DNA of 63,987 bases, filler included, from Barthelona sp. PAP020 (taxonomy: Eukaryota), in the NCBI GenBank assembly GCA_040182905.1. It is 12 parts of 12 records of this genome, joined end to end, with 100 filler letters (N's around TTAATTAATTAA, not from the genome) between each part and the next. Parts side by side here need not be neighbours in the genome. Positions count along the whole stretch, not along the records: positions 38,556 to 43,971 come from JARQWU010000611.1; positions 44,072 to 49,427 come from JARQWU010000612.1; positions 49,528 to 54,872 come from JARQWU010000613.1; 9 more parts are not named here. One strand, written 5' to 3'. Shown piece after piece: positions 41,574 through 52,038 of this stretch. A model generated the notes under the pieces. That model was given only the letters and a program-made list of their open reading frames with translations, searched no databases and was not told where the DNA came from. A program made the position numbers and the translations under genes. Within the stretch, counting starts at the first letter, position 1, and each line of letters opens with the position of its first letter.

Positions 41574-42749
41574 TTAAACTTGTCTATATGTGTACATTGA
41601 ATACATTGTATTGTCATGCAAAGAGGCTCTTGTCAACAATTCCACTTCTTTTTTGTCTATATTTGGTTTGTTAACTTTGATAAAAACAACATCATGTGCA
41701 TTGATAGGATGTGGAAAAAAATTGGGGAAATAAGGTGATTCCAATGCAACAATATTGGATCTGGCCAGCTCACGCACATGTTTATAATGTTTTTGCCAAT
41801 CAATATCAACATAAGTCGGCATCAAAGTGTTCATATTGTATCCTTTTTTCAACAGATGCTGACTCGTCTTGACTTCAAGCATTTGAGCTTCTTTCATATT
41901 GGCTGAGGTACTTTTCCAAAGAGGAAAAACTTCATCAAAACCCATATTGTTCAAAACAAACATGCCTGATTGAATGTGACATCCTAAAATTGGATGACAA
42001 TTAAGGGTTGGACCAACAATAGCCACATTAGCATTGAACAATTTAATAAACAATTTCCACCATGAAGCTTTGACTGTATTTGACAACAAAGGGGACAAAA
42101 AGGGTCCTCTAACAGAGCCGTTCATGAAGAAAAAATATTTGTAAACTTCTTTAAGTTTCTTTTCAATATGTTCGTTTTCAAATCGCTCCAATACTTCAGC
42201 ATATGCACCAAAATCATAATTTTCATTTTTTCTTTCAAAATAAAACACATTGTTACAACGATTTGGATTGACGTTTGTCAGCGGAATTGAATTGACATCA
42301 CTATTTTCAATAATAATAAAATCTACATGTGAATTATTGCATTTAATCCCTTCTTTTTGAAAATATCTGAAATTTCTCTCAATATCATAATTTGTGTTTC
42401 GTGATTTGTAATATGCCAAAACGACCAAAACTTTACTGTCAAAATCTTTGGAATTAATTTCTTCTTCAAAATCTTTACATTCCTTTTCAGGGGGACAAAC
42501 CTCAGAAGGCAAACATGTTTTACATTCTGGACATTTGGGACATTCAAATTTCTTAGAATCAACATTCAATTTAGATTTAGTTTCTAATTCTTTCACTTTC
42601 AAATCTGATGAATTTTCTTTGTTCACTTCAAAACTATCATTTTTGTTTAATCCAATTAACCCCCAAATCAACATCAAAAGTGTGATGACAACAAATAAAT
42701 TGCTCGATTCCCATCTTCTGTGGCTTCTGTGTCGTGGTGTTCGAGTCAT
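41574..42749 (-). CDS. Type II membrane putative glycosyltransferase (RgpF/rhamnan-synthesis-like motifs)
   Basis: N-terminal TM helix, CPxCPEC stalk, motifs RKNENYDFGAY, FFMNGSVRGPF and HIQS. Confidence 0.55.
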   Translation of the reverse strand: MTRTPRHRSHRRWESSNLFVVITLLMLIWGLIGLNKNDSFEVNKENSSDLKVKELETKSKLNVDSKKFECPKCPECKTCLPSEVCPPEKECKDFEEEINSKDFDSKVLVVLAYYKSRNTNYDIERNFRYFQKEGIKCNNSHVDFIIIENSDVNSIPLTNVNPNRCNNVFYFERKNENYDFGAYAEVLERFENEHIEKKLKEVYKYFFFMNGSVRGPFLSPLLSNTVKASWWKLFIKLFNANVAIVGPTLNCHPILGCHIQSGMFVLNNMGFDEVFPLWKSTSANMKEAQMLEVKTSQHLLKKGYNMNTLMPTYVDIDWQKHYKHVRELARSNIVALESPYFPNFFPHPINAHDVVFIKVNKPNIDKKEVELLTRASLHDNTMYSMYTYRQV

Positions 42750-42907
42750 TTCAAAACAAATAAATATTAATAAAAAATGTCAATCAAAAAAACAAAATCA
42801 AACAAGAATACATTTTCCACTGCACAAACGGAAATGTGAACTTGATAGTAAGAACCAAAAAATAATCAATTATAACTTTATTGAGTAGATACTAAAACAA
42901 AATAGAC

Positions 42908-43441
42908 CTAGAGTCTGCGACCACGACGACCACCTTTACGACGAGTGGAATCAGTGGGAATGGGGGTAATATCTTCAATACGACCAAAGTACATACCACT
43001 ACGGGCAAGACCTCTCATGGCAGAGAAAGCAGCACTAGAAGGAGATGCTTTCTTCAAACCACCAGTACCACGGAAACGAACAACAAGACCAGTAATACCA
43101 CGGGCTTTGCAAACTTCAGCGATTTGTTGGGCAGCTCTGAAAGCAATGAAAGGAGAACTTTGTTCGTGTTGATTCTTTGCAAGACAACCTCCAGAAATAC
43201 GGGCAACAGTTTCACGATCAGATAAATCGGTAATATGCTATTTAGTTAGTCTAAAGTCCAAAATATTTTTTTAAAAAAAGATGTTGATCATTAAATCAAT
43301 GATAAACATTTAAATAATAAACACAATAAACATACAATAATAGTATTATTCTTTGCAGCTAAAATGTGGCAAACACCATAAACAATTTCGTTCTTTTCAA
43401 CAGACTACATGTTAGACAACTTTTAATTAAGTGAAAACCAT
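42908..43441 (-). CDS. RPS14: 40S ribosomal protein S14 (uS11), two introns
   Basis: Missed by the ORF track. Exons 43441-43439 (ATG only), 43404-43336 and 43237-42908 give 133 aa ending [25 protein letters not shown]. Introns 43405-43438 (34 nt) and 43238-43335 (98 nt). Confidence 0.95.
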
Positions 43442-43653
43442 TGTGAGATGTATCAACTCAAAAAATTTTGTAGGAGGTTGGAGTGAAAAATTTTCAAAGT
43501 TTTTTATCCAAATTTTATTTTTCAAAATTATCTCCAAAACAAAATATTGTTTTCAGTTTGGTATGAAAATAATTTAAAGATGTAAATTTACGTTTTAGAA
43601 ATAAATATTAGTTTACAGGCGTTGCAAAAAAAAAATTTTTAATTTCATCTATC

Positions 43654-43971
43654 ATGTCTGAACAGTGGGAAGAAGAATATAATCAAGACGTCGAAGAAGA
43701 ATTAGATATCTCTGATCCAGCTATTGAAACCATCTATCGTTTAGGTGCTGATATTGCCAATGGTATTTCTGATTTATGTGAATATATTGCTAATATTTAG
43801 CCGCTTTAGAACTTGCCAAGAAATTGCTTGTCCCTGGAACTAAAATTGCATCTGTTTCTCGTGAGGTTGATACTTTTATCACTGAAGAAGCCAACAAATT
43901 TTATAAGAAGCGTACTGATATTGCCAAAGGAGTTGCTATGCCTTGTTGCATTTCTTTGAACAATTGTGCTC
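43654..43971 (+). CDS. PA2G4: Ebp1/PA2G4 (M24 fold), N-terminal fragment with one intron
   Basis: YRLGADIAN|AAL..KGVAMPCCISLNNC. 38-nt intron at 43763-43800 (GTATTT..GCTAATATTTAG). Confidence 0.85.
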
Positions 43972-44220
43972 NNNNNNNNNNNNNNNNNNNNNNNNNNNNN
44001 NNNNNNNNNNNNNNNTTAATTAATTAANNNNNNNNNNNNNNNNNNNNNNNNNNNNNNNNNNNNNNNNNNNNCAAACACTTTCTAACTGATTTAACATATC
44101 AATTATTAAATTATGTGATTCGTATTCTCTCGTATCATATAAAAGTAATGGTATTTTTTCACTCATTTCATAAATAAATCACTAATAAAGGAAAAAAATA
44201 TTTTTGATAATGTGATTTTT

Positions 44221-44772
44221 ATGAATAATCGAAAAAATCAAATAGAAGAAGTCGAGAAATTAAAAATTTGGTTTGAAAAAGAATTTTTTATGAGAAATTA
44301 TGAAAAGAATAAAACAATTCAAACAATGAGAATTTTTTTAGTGTTTGTTGCCGTTATTTTTTTTTGTATTTTTGGAATTATCATTGAAAAAGGTTTCACA
44401 AACGATAATTTATATTTATTATTAATTCCAACGACGTTGGGTATTTTTTTTTCCGGATTTTTAATTTTTAAGACATCTATTCATAAATCAAATGCACATA
44501 ATTATCTTTGTGGTCGTTCCAAAGGTATTTATGATGTTTTAAAAATTATTATTGAGACTAAAAATGCGTTTTCTGTGAAGAGTATAAATAGTTTGGTTGA
44601 TCTTGCGTTAGAATTTAACCTTTCTGCACCTTGTGCCAGCCAAAATGCAATTAGTCATGCAACAAATGTTCTAAAATTGGAGAGTGCAAAAAAGGCAACT
44701 GAAATTGAAAATGTTCTTCAAGAAAGAGTTATTTTGGATAATTCTGCCATTCAACCAGATGATAATTTGTAA
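44221..44772 (+). CDS. Hypothetical two-TM protein
   Basis: Two adjacent hydrophobic segments in a 183-aa frame. Confidence 0.55.
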   Translation: MNNRKNQIEEVEKLKIWFEKEFFMRNYEKNKTIQTMRIFLVFVAVIFFCIFGIIIEKGFTNDNLYLLLIPTTLGIFFSGFLIFKTSIHKSNAHNYLCGRSKGIYDVLKIIIETKNAFSVKSINSLVDLALEFNLSAPCASQNAISHATNVLKLESAKKATEIENVLQERVILDNSAIQPDDNL

Positions 44773-44908
44773 ATAATTTGTAATTTGTTTTAACATTCAT
44801 AAAGTTTATTCTTTTGTTTTTGGTGATATTAATTTTTGAATCCAAAGACTACCTTACAAAAATATGTTATTCTTTTGATAAAAAAAATTCCAAAGGGTAC
44901 AATGTTCA

Positions 44909-46957
44909 TTAATTTATAAGACTACTGGGGGGTGCAGGTAATTGGGAATCTGAATACAAAGGTGCAAAAATCAAACTCGAATTTTCACTGACTTTGCCTG
45001 CTTCAAACTTCGATATAATGGAAACAATATCATAATTTGAAGGAGGTCGACTGTTAACAATTTTATCTGTTTCAATTAAACTGGAATTTTCATTTGAACT
45101 TCTTTTATTAATGCTTTGAATGTCCAACTCATCCATATCGGAGGGGTTAAGAACATAATCTTCATGATCAGTATTCAATTTTTCTTCCAACATCATCATC
45201 ATATCCGATGTGCGTTTAAAACCATGTTCTTTGAACTTCTCAATTGTATTTTGTATTTGCAATCTCCAAAAATCTCTTGTGTTCTTAGATTTGAATTTTA
45301 AATTGATGGCATACGAAAAATCATTCGCTGGTAAAAATTTGGGTGTTTCAAGCTTTGCTAATTCATTCACAGCATCATCTACCTCTAATATCAAAATGAA
45401 TTCATTTAAAGAATCAAAAAAGTTTGAAACTTTTAAACTATTCAAGAACACTTCATGCTTCACGGTCAATCCACCCAAGAATTTTTCAGTGAGAAAGATA
45501 AGACGGTCTTCAAACAGTAAGACCCGTCTTTGCTTTAAATCAACATTAGCGATAAGCTCCGTAACATCAACACTGTCAACAAAATCACAATCTTCCAGCT
45601 GTGTCGAATATTTAGAGTTTAATGACTTGAGTTCATCGATTTTCTTAAGGTTTTGGTCATATTTCCGTTTTTCAGTGTTCACATACGTCACAATCTCTTT
45701 ACATGCTTCCAAACATAAACAACAGTTGTTATATTGTTCATGTTCGGGGGGAGTACGTTTTTTGAGCTTTTCCCACAACATTGGGTACATTGGAACTCTT
45801 TTTATTGGAGTCAACAATAGATTATCAAAAGATAGCACCTTATAGTTAAAACTGTATAAGACGCTGTTCATTCTTGTATTTTTAGCGTTTTTTCGTAAAA
45901 CTTGTAAAGCAACGTCAAAATTCGCTGCATACACTGCAAAAATTTTCATTTTTTCAGTGTACTCCAAAACAATCTTACTTATTGGATATCTCCACAACAA
46001 AGGATCTTTTTTCAAATTCAAACTCTTATTCAAGGAATTCAAAAGATTGGTGCTAAAAATCAAAAGATCTTCAATATTTCCAAAGAGCAAATCAATATTT
46101 TGATCATTCATAAAACAATCCTGTGCCTTAAACCGATTTTTTATTTCAATTAACAGATTAAGCTGGTCATTGAACGTTTTTTCTGCTTGCAAAATCTCTT
46201 CTACAATTTCTTTGCGAAGCCTAGCAAAATAAAGCTCCTTGCCATCAGTATGTCTGCAAATATAAGCTCTCCAACAAGATTGAATCAAGATAATACTTCT
46301 TACACGCATATCTAAATATATTTTCCGTTTTATTAGTGCAGCTTGTGATTTTTTATTAGATTTCTTCAGTAATGGTATTCTATACATGTCAAAATTTCGA
46401 GAATTATTAAAAGCGGTTGAATGCAGTGACAAATTAAGACTAGTCTCATTATTAGTTGAATTTGAGTCACCATTTATATGATTTGTATTTCTTTGACTTG
46501 TAGAATTCATATTAATCATCTTTTCATTCAATATAGGACTCTCATCAACAAATCTTTTGCGTGTTTGAACAACAGCAGTGCGTACTCTTGAAAAATCAAT
46601 TCCATTGTTATTGTCTTTTCTACAAATGGTGTTATTTATGGCAAAATTGGACTGTCTTCTGAAGGTTTTGGGTCGAGAAATAAATCGACTGTAATTAATG
46701 GATGAATTAATCGTAGAAGTTGTTGTTTTTTTAATCTTTTTTGTATTTACAGTATTTGGGGTGTCTGTGGCTTTCTTTTTCGATAATTTTTCTAAATCAA
46801 TCAATATAGGTGAAGAAGAATTGTCATTTTGTTCTCTTCGTATTCTAACAGACTCACGCATTCTTTGATTTGACAATTTTATCGTATTCGGATTCAATGA
46901 ACCTTTTCTTGAATTCTTCGGTATTTTTTCTTCTGTCATATCAATTTCAATTGGCAT
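44909..46957 (-). CDS. RhoGEF (IQ + DH + PH)
   Basis: IQSCWRAY (IQ), RKEIVEEILQAEKTF..LFGNIE..LLLTPIKRVPMYPML..TPPEH (DH), then a PH-like region. Confidence 0.88.
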   Translation of the reverse strand: MPIEIDMTEEKIPKNSRKGSLNPNTIKLSNQRMRESVRIRREQNDNSSSPILIDLEKLSKKKATDTPNTVNTKKIKKTTTSTINSSINYSRFISRPKTFRRQSNFAINNTICRKDNNNGIDFSRVRTAVVQTRKRFVDESPILNEKMINMNSTSQRNTNHINGDSNSTNNETSLNLSLHSTAFNNSRNFDMYRIPLLKKSNKKSQAALIKRKIYLDMRVRSIILIQSCWRAYICRHTDGKELYFARLRKEIVEEILQAEKTFNDQLNLLIEIKNRFKAQDCFMNDQNIDLLFGNIEDLLIFSTNLLNSLNKSLNLKKDPLLWRYPISKIVLEYTEKMKIFAVYAANFDVALQVLRKNAKNTRMNSVLYSFNYKVLSFDNLLLTPIKRVPMYPMLWEKLKKRTPPEHEQYNNCCLCLEACKEIVTYVNTEKRKYDQNLKKIDELKSLNSKYSTQLEDCDFVDSVDVTELIANVDLKQRRVLLFEDRLIFLTEKFLGGLTVKHEVFLNSLKVSNFFDSLNEFILILEVDDAVNELAKLETPKFLPANDFSYAINLKFKSKNTRDFWRLQIQNTIEKFKEHGFKRTSDMMMMLEEKLNTDHEDYVLNPSDMDELDIQSINKRSSNENSSLIETDKIVNSRPPSNYDIVSIISKFEAGKVSENSSLIFAPLYSDSQLPAPPSSLIN

Positions 46958-47198
46958 AATCTACATACATTAATTATTCTTTTGTTTTAAATGAAAGATT
47001 AACTTTAAAAACAAAAATATTTTTGTCCATTCAAAAATCATCTGAATTTTTTTTTTTCCTTTCTAATTCTTTATTCTCCATTCACACGTTTTTAATGATC
47101 TTTACATCTGTTTTAATCAATAATTCTTCCAAATGAGAAGTAGCTTTGATTTAGTGATAAATATTTTTTTTTTCTGCTGTGATTGATAACATAATTAT

Positions 47199-49427
47199 AT
47201 GAATGAATTGATACCATTTGATGTGGTATTTGTTACATCATCTGAACACCCTTTTGTTGCATCTAATTTATCTCATTTGAATGACACAAATGTTAAAGGT
47301 TGGCGAAATGGAAGATATTCACGTTTTCCTGTTGAATTGATTATTAAGTTTCAATCCCCTAAATTTATTCAACAAGTTTTATTTTTGAGTCATCCTTATT
47401 TGATTCCCAAAAAGGTCCAAATATTTTTAGGAAATGAGTCTCCTAGTTATAATCAATGTACTTGGACAAAAGTTGGTTATTTTAGTTTTAGTGACAATAA
47501 AGAGTCTAATTTTGAAAAAGGTCAATTGAGAAGGGTTGATTTAGGAGCTAATTGTCAATATATTAAATTCGTTTTACATTCTTATCATGAAAATAGTCAT
47601 AACATTTACAATCAGGTTGGTATATATGCTTTGGGTTTTACTGGGGGTGGGTCAACTGGTTTAAGTGGTCCAACAGATAGATCTAATATTGTCACTTATA
47701 ATAGTCCAAAAAATAATTATGAGGCACAATATGATCGTGAAACAGCATCTGAAATTCAACGATTGGTTCAACAAAAGACAGACGCAATTGCCAATCGTGA
47801 TTATCGCGAAGCCAAACGTTTATCTCAAGATATTGAGAGACTTAAAGAGGTAGGAAAGAAAATTACAGAGTTATCAAAGAAAGAACAAGCTGCCGTAGCA
47901 AATGATGATTTTGATGCTGCTTTAGCTATTAAAGATCAAATTGATCGGTTACGTGGCAAAACTGTTGCTCCTGTATCTAATGTTACAACCACTGCATCTT
48001 CTTTTGTTACAAACGTTCAACAGGCAGGTCAAAATGTGAATCCTTTTGTTGTTGCTGCTAGCGAGCCTAGTGCAGTACAAATTGGTGAAGTGACATCTGT
48101 TGATGGGTCCATGTCAAGTGGAACTGGCTTGAGTAATGATCGGAATGCAATAAGACCAATGGATCCATCAAAACAAGCAGAAATGTATGGATCTTCTGTA
48201 GCTGTGCCTACTTTTGATGCTAACAGTGCCATTTCATCATCTGCACCTGTGGTTGATAATAGGGAAATAAAGGGTGCAAAGTCATATGAGGAGATGCTTG
48301 AAGCTGAGTTAAAGAAGGAGGAGCAGGCAAAAGAACAAAAAGAATCTGATATTCCAGCAAGATACAGAGATGATGCCAGCAGATTGATTAATTTCCCTGA
48401 AAATCTTCCTACATTGTTGTATTCAACAAATTTAGATTCTCAATTGGAAGCAATAAATATTTTGTTGAAACATTCACAATTTTATGAAACTTCTGATTTG
48501 GAATCTTGGTGTATTTGCCTGAAACACTTATGCACAGCGAAGAATGTATCTATTTTGACAGAAAGTTTGAATATTTTCCTTAATATTTTTGAGTCAGAAA
48601 AGTTTACGAAGAGTCATTCTCATGAGCATTTTCAAATGGTACTTTCCGTTTTGATTCCACGTTTACATGACAATTCCAAACGTATTGCTGAAGCAATACT
48701 AGCGTTAGTGATAATTATTGCGAAAGGAATTGGACCAAAGACCATTTATCCAATCATTCTGCACAAAATCAATCCCAAAAGTACAAAGATAGTTATTGCT
48801 AGACTTTTTTGTATTAAACGTCTTCTAGAAGAATTTAAAAGCGACATAGACAATTCTATTGTTTCGGATTTGGTTACTTTATTGCGAAAATGTTATTCTT
48901 CTTCATCTGGAGAAGTTAGAAATCTTAGTGTAACCTTAACAGGTATTATTTATGAATATATTGGTTCTGCACCCATCGAACAGCTTATTCCTAAGTTTTC
49001 AAACACTTCTGACTTAAATGCTTTTGAAAAGAAGCTTATTGATGAATTATGCACGATTAATGCAACAAATGATTGGCCTGCACCACCTAATAATCCATTG
49101 ATGGGTAGAGCAAATGGAAAAGGAAAACGTAAAGCAAAAGAGGTCAATGATCGTAACAAAGTTAGAAAGCAGCCTGTGGAGGTGCCTAAGTATGTGGCAG
49201 AACCAGAATTGGAACCAGAAGTGGAACCAGAAATAAAGTCAGTCACAGAAGAAGAACCGATCAATGAAGATGATATTGAAGAACAAGATGAAAATGAAGA
49301 AGTCTTTATTTGTGAATTTTGCAAGGTGGCACATCCTACAGATAAAGATCGAGACTTACATTGGTATCAAGTGTGCCCTTATCTTACTAGATGCCCTGTT
49401 TGCCATCAAATTAGCTCAATTGATACA
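47199..49427 (+). CDS. CEP104: Centrosomal/ciliary-tip protein CEP104, 3'-truncated
   Basis: N-terminal beta-sandwich (GWR..FP..LSHPYLIP..SDN..NIYNQVG), UVR-like coiled coils, TOG domain, C-terminal C2HC fingers (CEFC..DLHWYQVCPYLTRCPVC). Confidence 0.9.
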
Positions 49428-50157
49428 NNNNNNNNNNNNNNNNNNNNNNNNNNNNNNNNNNNNNNNNNNNNTTAATTAATTAANNNNNNNNNNNNNNNNN
49501 NNNNNNNNNNNNNNNNNNNNNNNNNNNCATTAGATTCTTCTTTGTCTTAAGCTCAACTAGTTGTTTTATTATTTGATAAATTCTGAAATACGAGAAATTT
49601 TGCTTGATTCAAATTCTGGCGCATTTCTTCATGCTTTTCTTTTCCCCTCCTTGTGAAATGCCCGCTGCGCTTCACAAAAATGATTTCTTGGTTTGACTTG
49701 TCAAACATAGTCAATAGGATGAGAATATACAGTTGTATAACAGCTACTAATGCTTTAAGTATGGAGATATTAGGATGTAATCTGAATAGCTCACATTACA
49801 AGAAAGAAAGAACGCGAGACCTTTTGATTGTGAACCACTTAAGTTCTCCTCTTTTAACTAATGCTTATTGGCCTTCACATGATCACAAAAATTTTTAAGG
49901 TCAAATCATCAGGAATACGTTGTGGCAATTAAAATGTTGTCAAAAGATGTTTCTTGACTTTCTCTTAGTATTTCCTCCATTCATAAGTCAACAACTAATG
50001 AGTGGAGGAAATTTTATGTCTTCTTTGTCAAAGAAAAATTGGTGAACTTGACCATCAAATCTCAACAGAATTCAGTAAATGGATGTTTAAATACTTGAAA
50101 AAGAAATACAAGAAATATTTGTTGAATTTACACTTTTACACTCATTGAATAACTTTT

Positions 50158-51588
50158 TCATTCTATGTTCCAATTTTGGATAATTTCAGAAAGTTTAGGC
50201 CTTTGGGTAGGTACATCATTGAAACACTGAGAAATGTACCTGAACCTAGGAACATTTCTAATATCATCATCTTTAAACGGCCGTTCTTTGTTAGCCACAC
50301 TTACAGAAATATTCATTTCAAGCTTAACCCAGTCATACGGAATAATGCCAGTATTGACATAAAAATAAGTTAAACAATAAGCCCAAGAATCAATACCGTA
50401 GTTAACAACAGTGCTTAATTCATCATCAGTGGTAAACATTTCTGGAGGCATAAATCGGCCTGTTCCTAATCTTGAGGTCCTGCTAGCTCGGGAGAAATCA
50501 CGAGCCAGTCCAAAATTAAAGAGCGCACATGTACCATCATTGCGGATAAGGACATTTCCTGGATGGATATTTCTGTGAATAAATTTTTTTGAATGACAAT
50601 AGTGGACAGCCTTTGCCAATTGCAATAAATATCGATCTTTTTCAACATCACTCAACACATTGATAACATCTTCCAAAGTTTCTTCATAATCCTCCATTAC
50701 GATTCCCCAATCATCATATCTATTGGTGATTCCATAAATACGAGAAATGAAGGGACACCTAAACTTTGGATCAACGCACATTTTAATCACATCTTTATAT
50801 TTTTTCAATTCTTTGAAAATTACAATTTGAACATCAATTGTTTCTGTTTTTTCACTGGTATTGTATCTATACTTGCCTTTCTCAATGGAACATCCTTCGA
50901 AATCACGTTGTTCTTTACAAGCCAATTCATTGTAGTCAATTTCAATAGGTTGACAATTTGCATCATTTTCATTGTTTTCTTTGTTTTTTATAGTCTCAGC
51001 AAGACTTACAACAACAGTCTTGAGTTCTTCAATAGAATCAAAGGAATCATTAAATTTTTCCATTTTTGCATCCAAAACTTTCTCAATTTTAGAAGGAATA
51101 GATTCAATGATGCCTAAATTGTCAATTTGAACAAACATGACTAAGTCTTTTTCCAAAGCTTTGGTTTCTTCATGTATTTCAACAATCTCATTTAAATCTC
51201 CATTTCCATCCAATGTTTCCTTGCATTTTCCTCTATCTGAAAATTTGCTCACAATCGAATTAAAATTTTCACAATTAGCATTCATTCTATCAAGAAAGCT
51301 TTTAAAATGATCATCTGTTTCCAAATTTTGTTGTTGACACAATAATTTTGCAACATTTGTAGCCAACCAAGCAATTCTATAATGAACTTCACAAAGGTTG
51401 TCAGCAGCTTTTTCATGCTTTGACAAAAAATCGGTAATACTCATAATAAAACCAAAACATTTGGAAAATGAAGAAATATTCTCAAAGAAAGACTTATTCG
51501 CTTCAAATAATGATGAGAGAATATCAACTCTTGAAAGAATAGAATCCTTTAAACTATCAAGTGAAAAATCTAAAAAATCACACATCAT
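50158..51588 (-). CDS. MLKL-like protein: N-terminal helical bundle plus TKL-type pseudokinase
   Basis: Kinase fold with HRN (not HRD), NFG (not DFG), no Gly loop and no VAIK lysine. Residues about 45-160 form amphipathic helices with an MLKL-NTD-like pattern (..IVSKFSDRGKCKETL..EIVEIHEETKALEKDL..VQ). Confidence 0.65.
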   Translation of the reverse strand: MMCDFLDFSLDSLKDSILSRVDILSSLFEANKSFFENISSFSKCFGFIMSITDFLSKHEKAADNLCEVHYRIAWLATNVAKLLCQQQNLETDDHFKSFLDRMNANCENFNSIVSKFSDRGKCKETLDGNGDLNEIVEIHEETKALEKDLVMFVQIDNLGIIESIPSKIEKVLDAKMEKFNDSFDSIEELKTVVVSLAETIKNKENNENDANCQPIEIDYNELACKEQRDFEGCSIEKGKYRYNTSEKTETIDVQIVIFKELKKYKDVIKMCVDPKFRCPFISRIYGITNRYDDWGIVMEDYEETLEDVINVLSDVEKDRYLLQLAKAVHYCHSKKFIHRNIHPGNVLIRNDGTCALFNFGLARDFSRASRTSRLGTGRFMPPEMFTTDDELSTVVNYGIDSWAYCLTYFYVNTGIIPYDWVKLEMNISVSVANKERPFKDDDIRNVPRFRYISQCFNDVPTQRPKLSEIIQNWNIE

Positions 51589-52038
51589 AGAGACTGATTA
51601 ACTTTGATAAGATAAATTAAAAAAAGATTGAACCTCTCCTTCAATCTTCAATCTTCACTAAATTTTTTGGAAAATCATCAATCCTTTTTTTTATATAATT
51701 TTTAAACAGTCTAATAAAATATATAAAAAGAAAAGACAATATTTGGAATGATTATTTATCACAAAATATTTCTTGATTTGTTACTTTCATGATATTCAAA
51801 AAATTAGGTAATAATTGTCAAAAAATACACAGTTGACAATTTTTCAAAAGAAAAATGCATAGAATTTTCGAGAAAGCCAAAAGGCATTTTAAACCAATAA
51901 CAAATTTTCAATAATTTTTATTGACAGAATTTAATGCTCTTTTATCATACCAATTATTAAAAAAATATACCTTTGCCATTTCATGAAATCATAAAACCAT
52001 CATTAAAGGATAAAATAAGCATTTTCATTGAAACATTT

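Noticed and set aside
42945..43172. 75-aa + strand ORF and other short overlapping ORFs (e.g. 13211-13846, 13489-13812, 45210-45845, 16250-16492)
   Set aside because: They are antisense or alternate-frame shadows of well-supported genes (RPS14, GAR1, RhoGEF, RPS6).
38556..43971. Contig 8 (5416 bp) is about 55 bp longer than the descending size order predicts
   Set aside because: No foreign segment is identifiable and all genes and introns in it are coherent. Post-sorting polishing or trimming explains it equally well.
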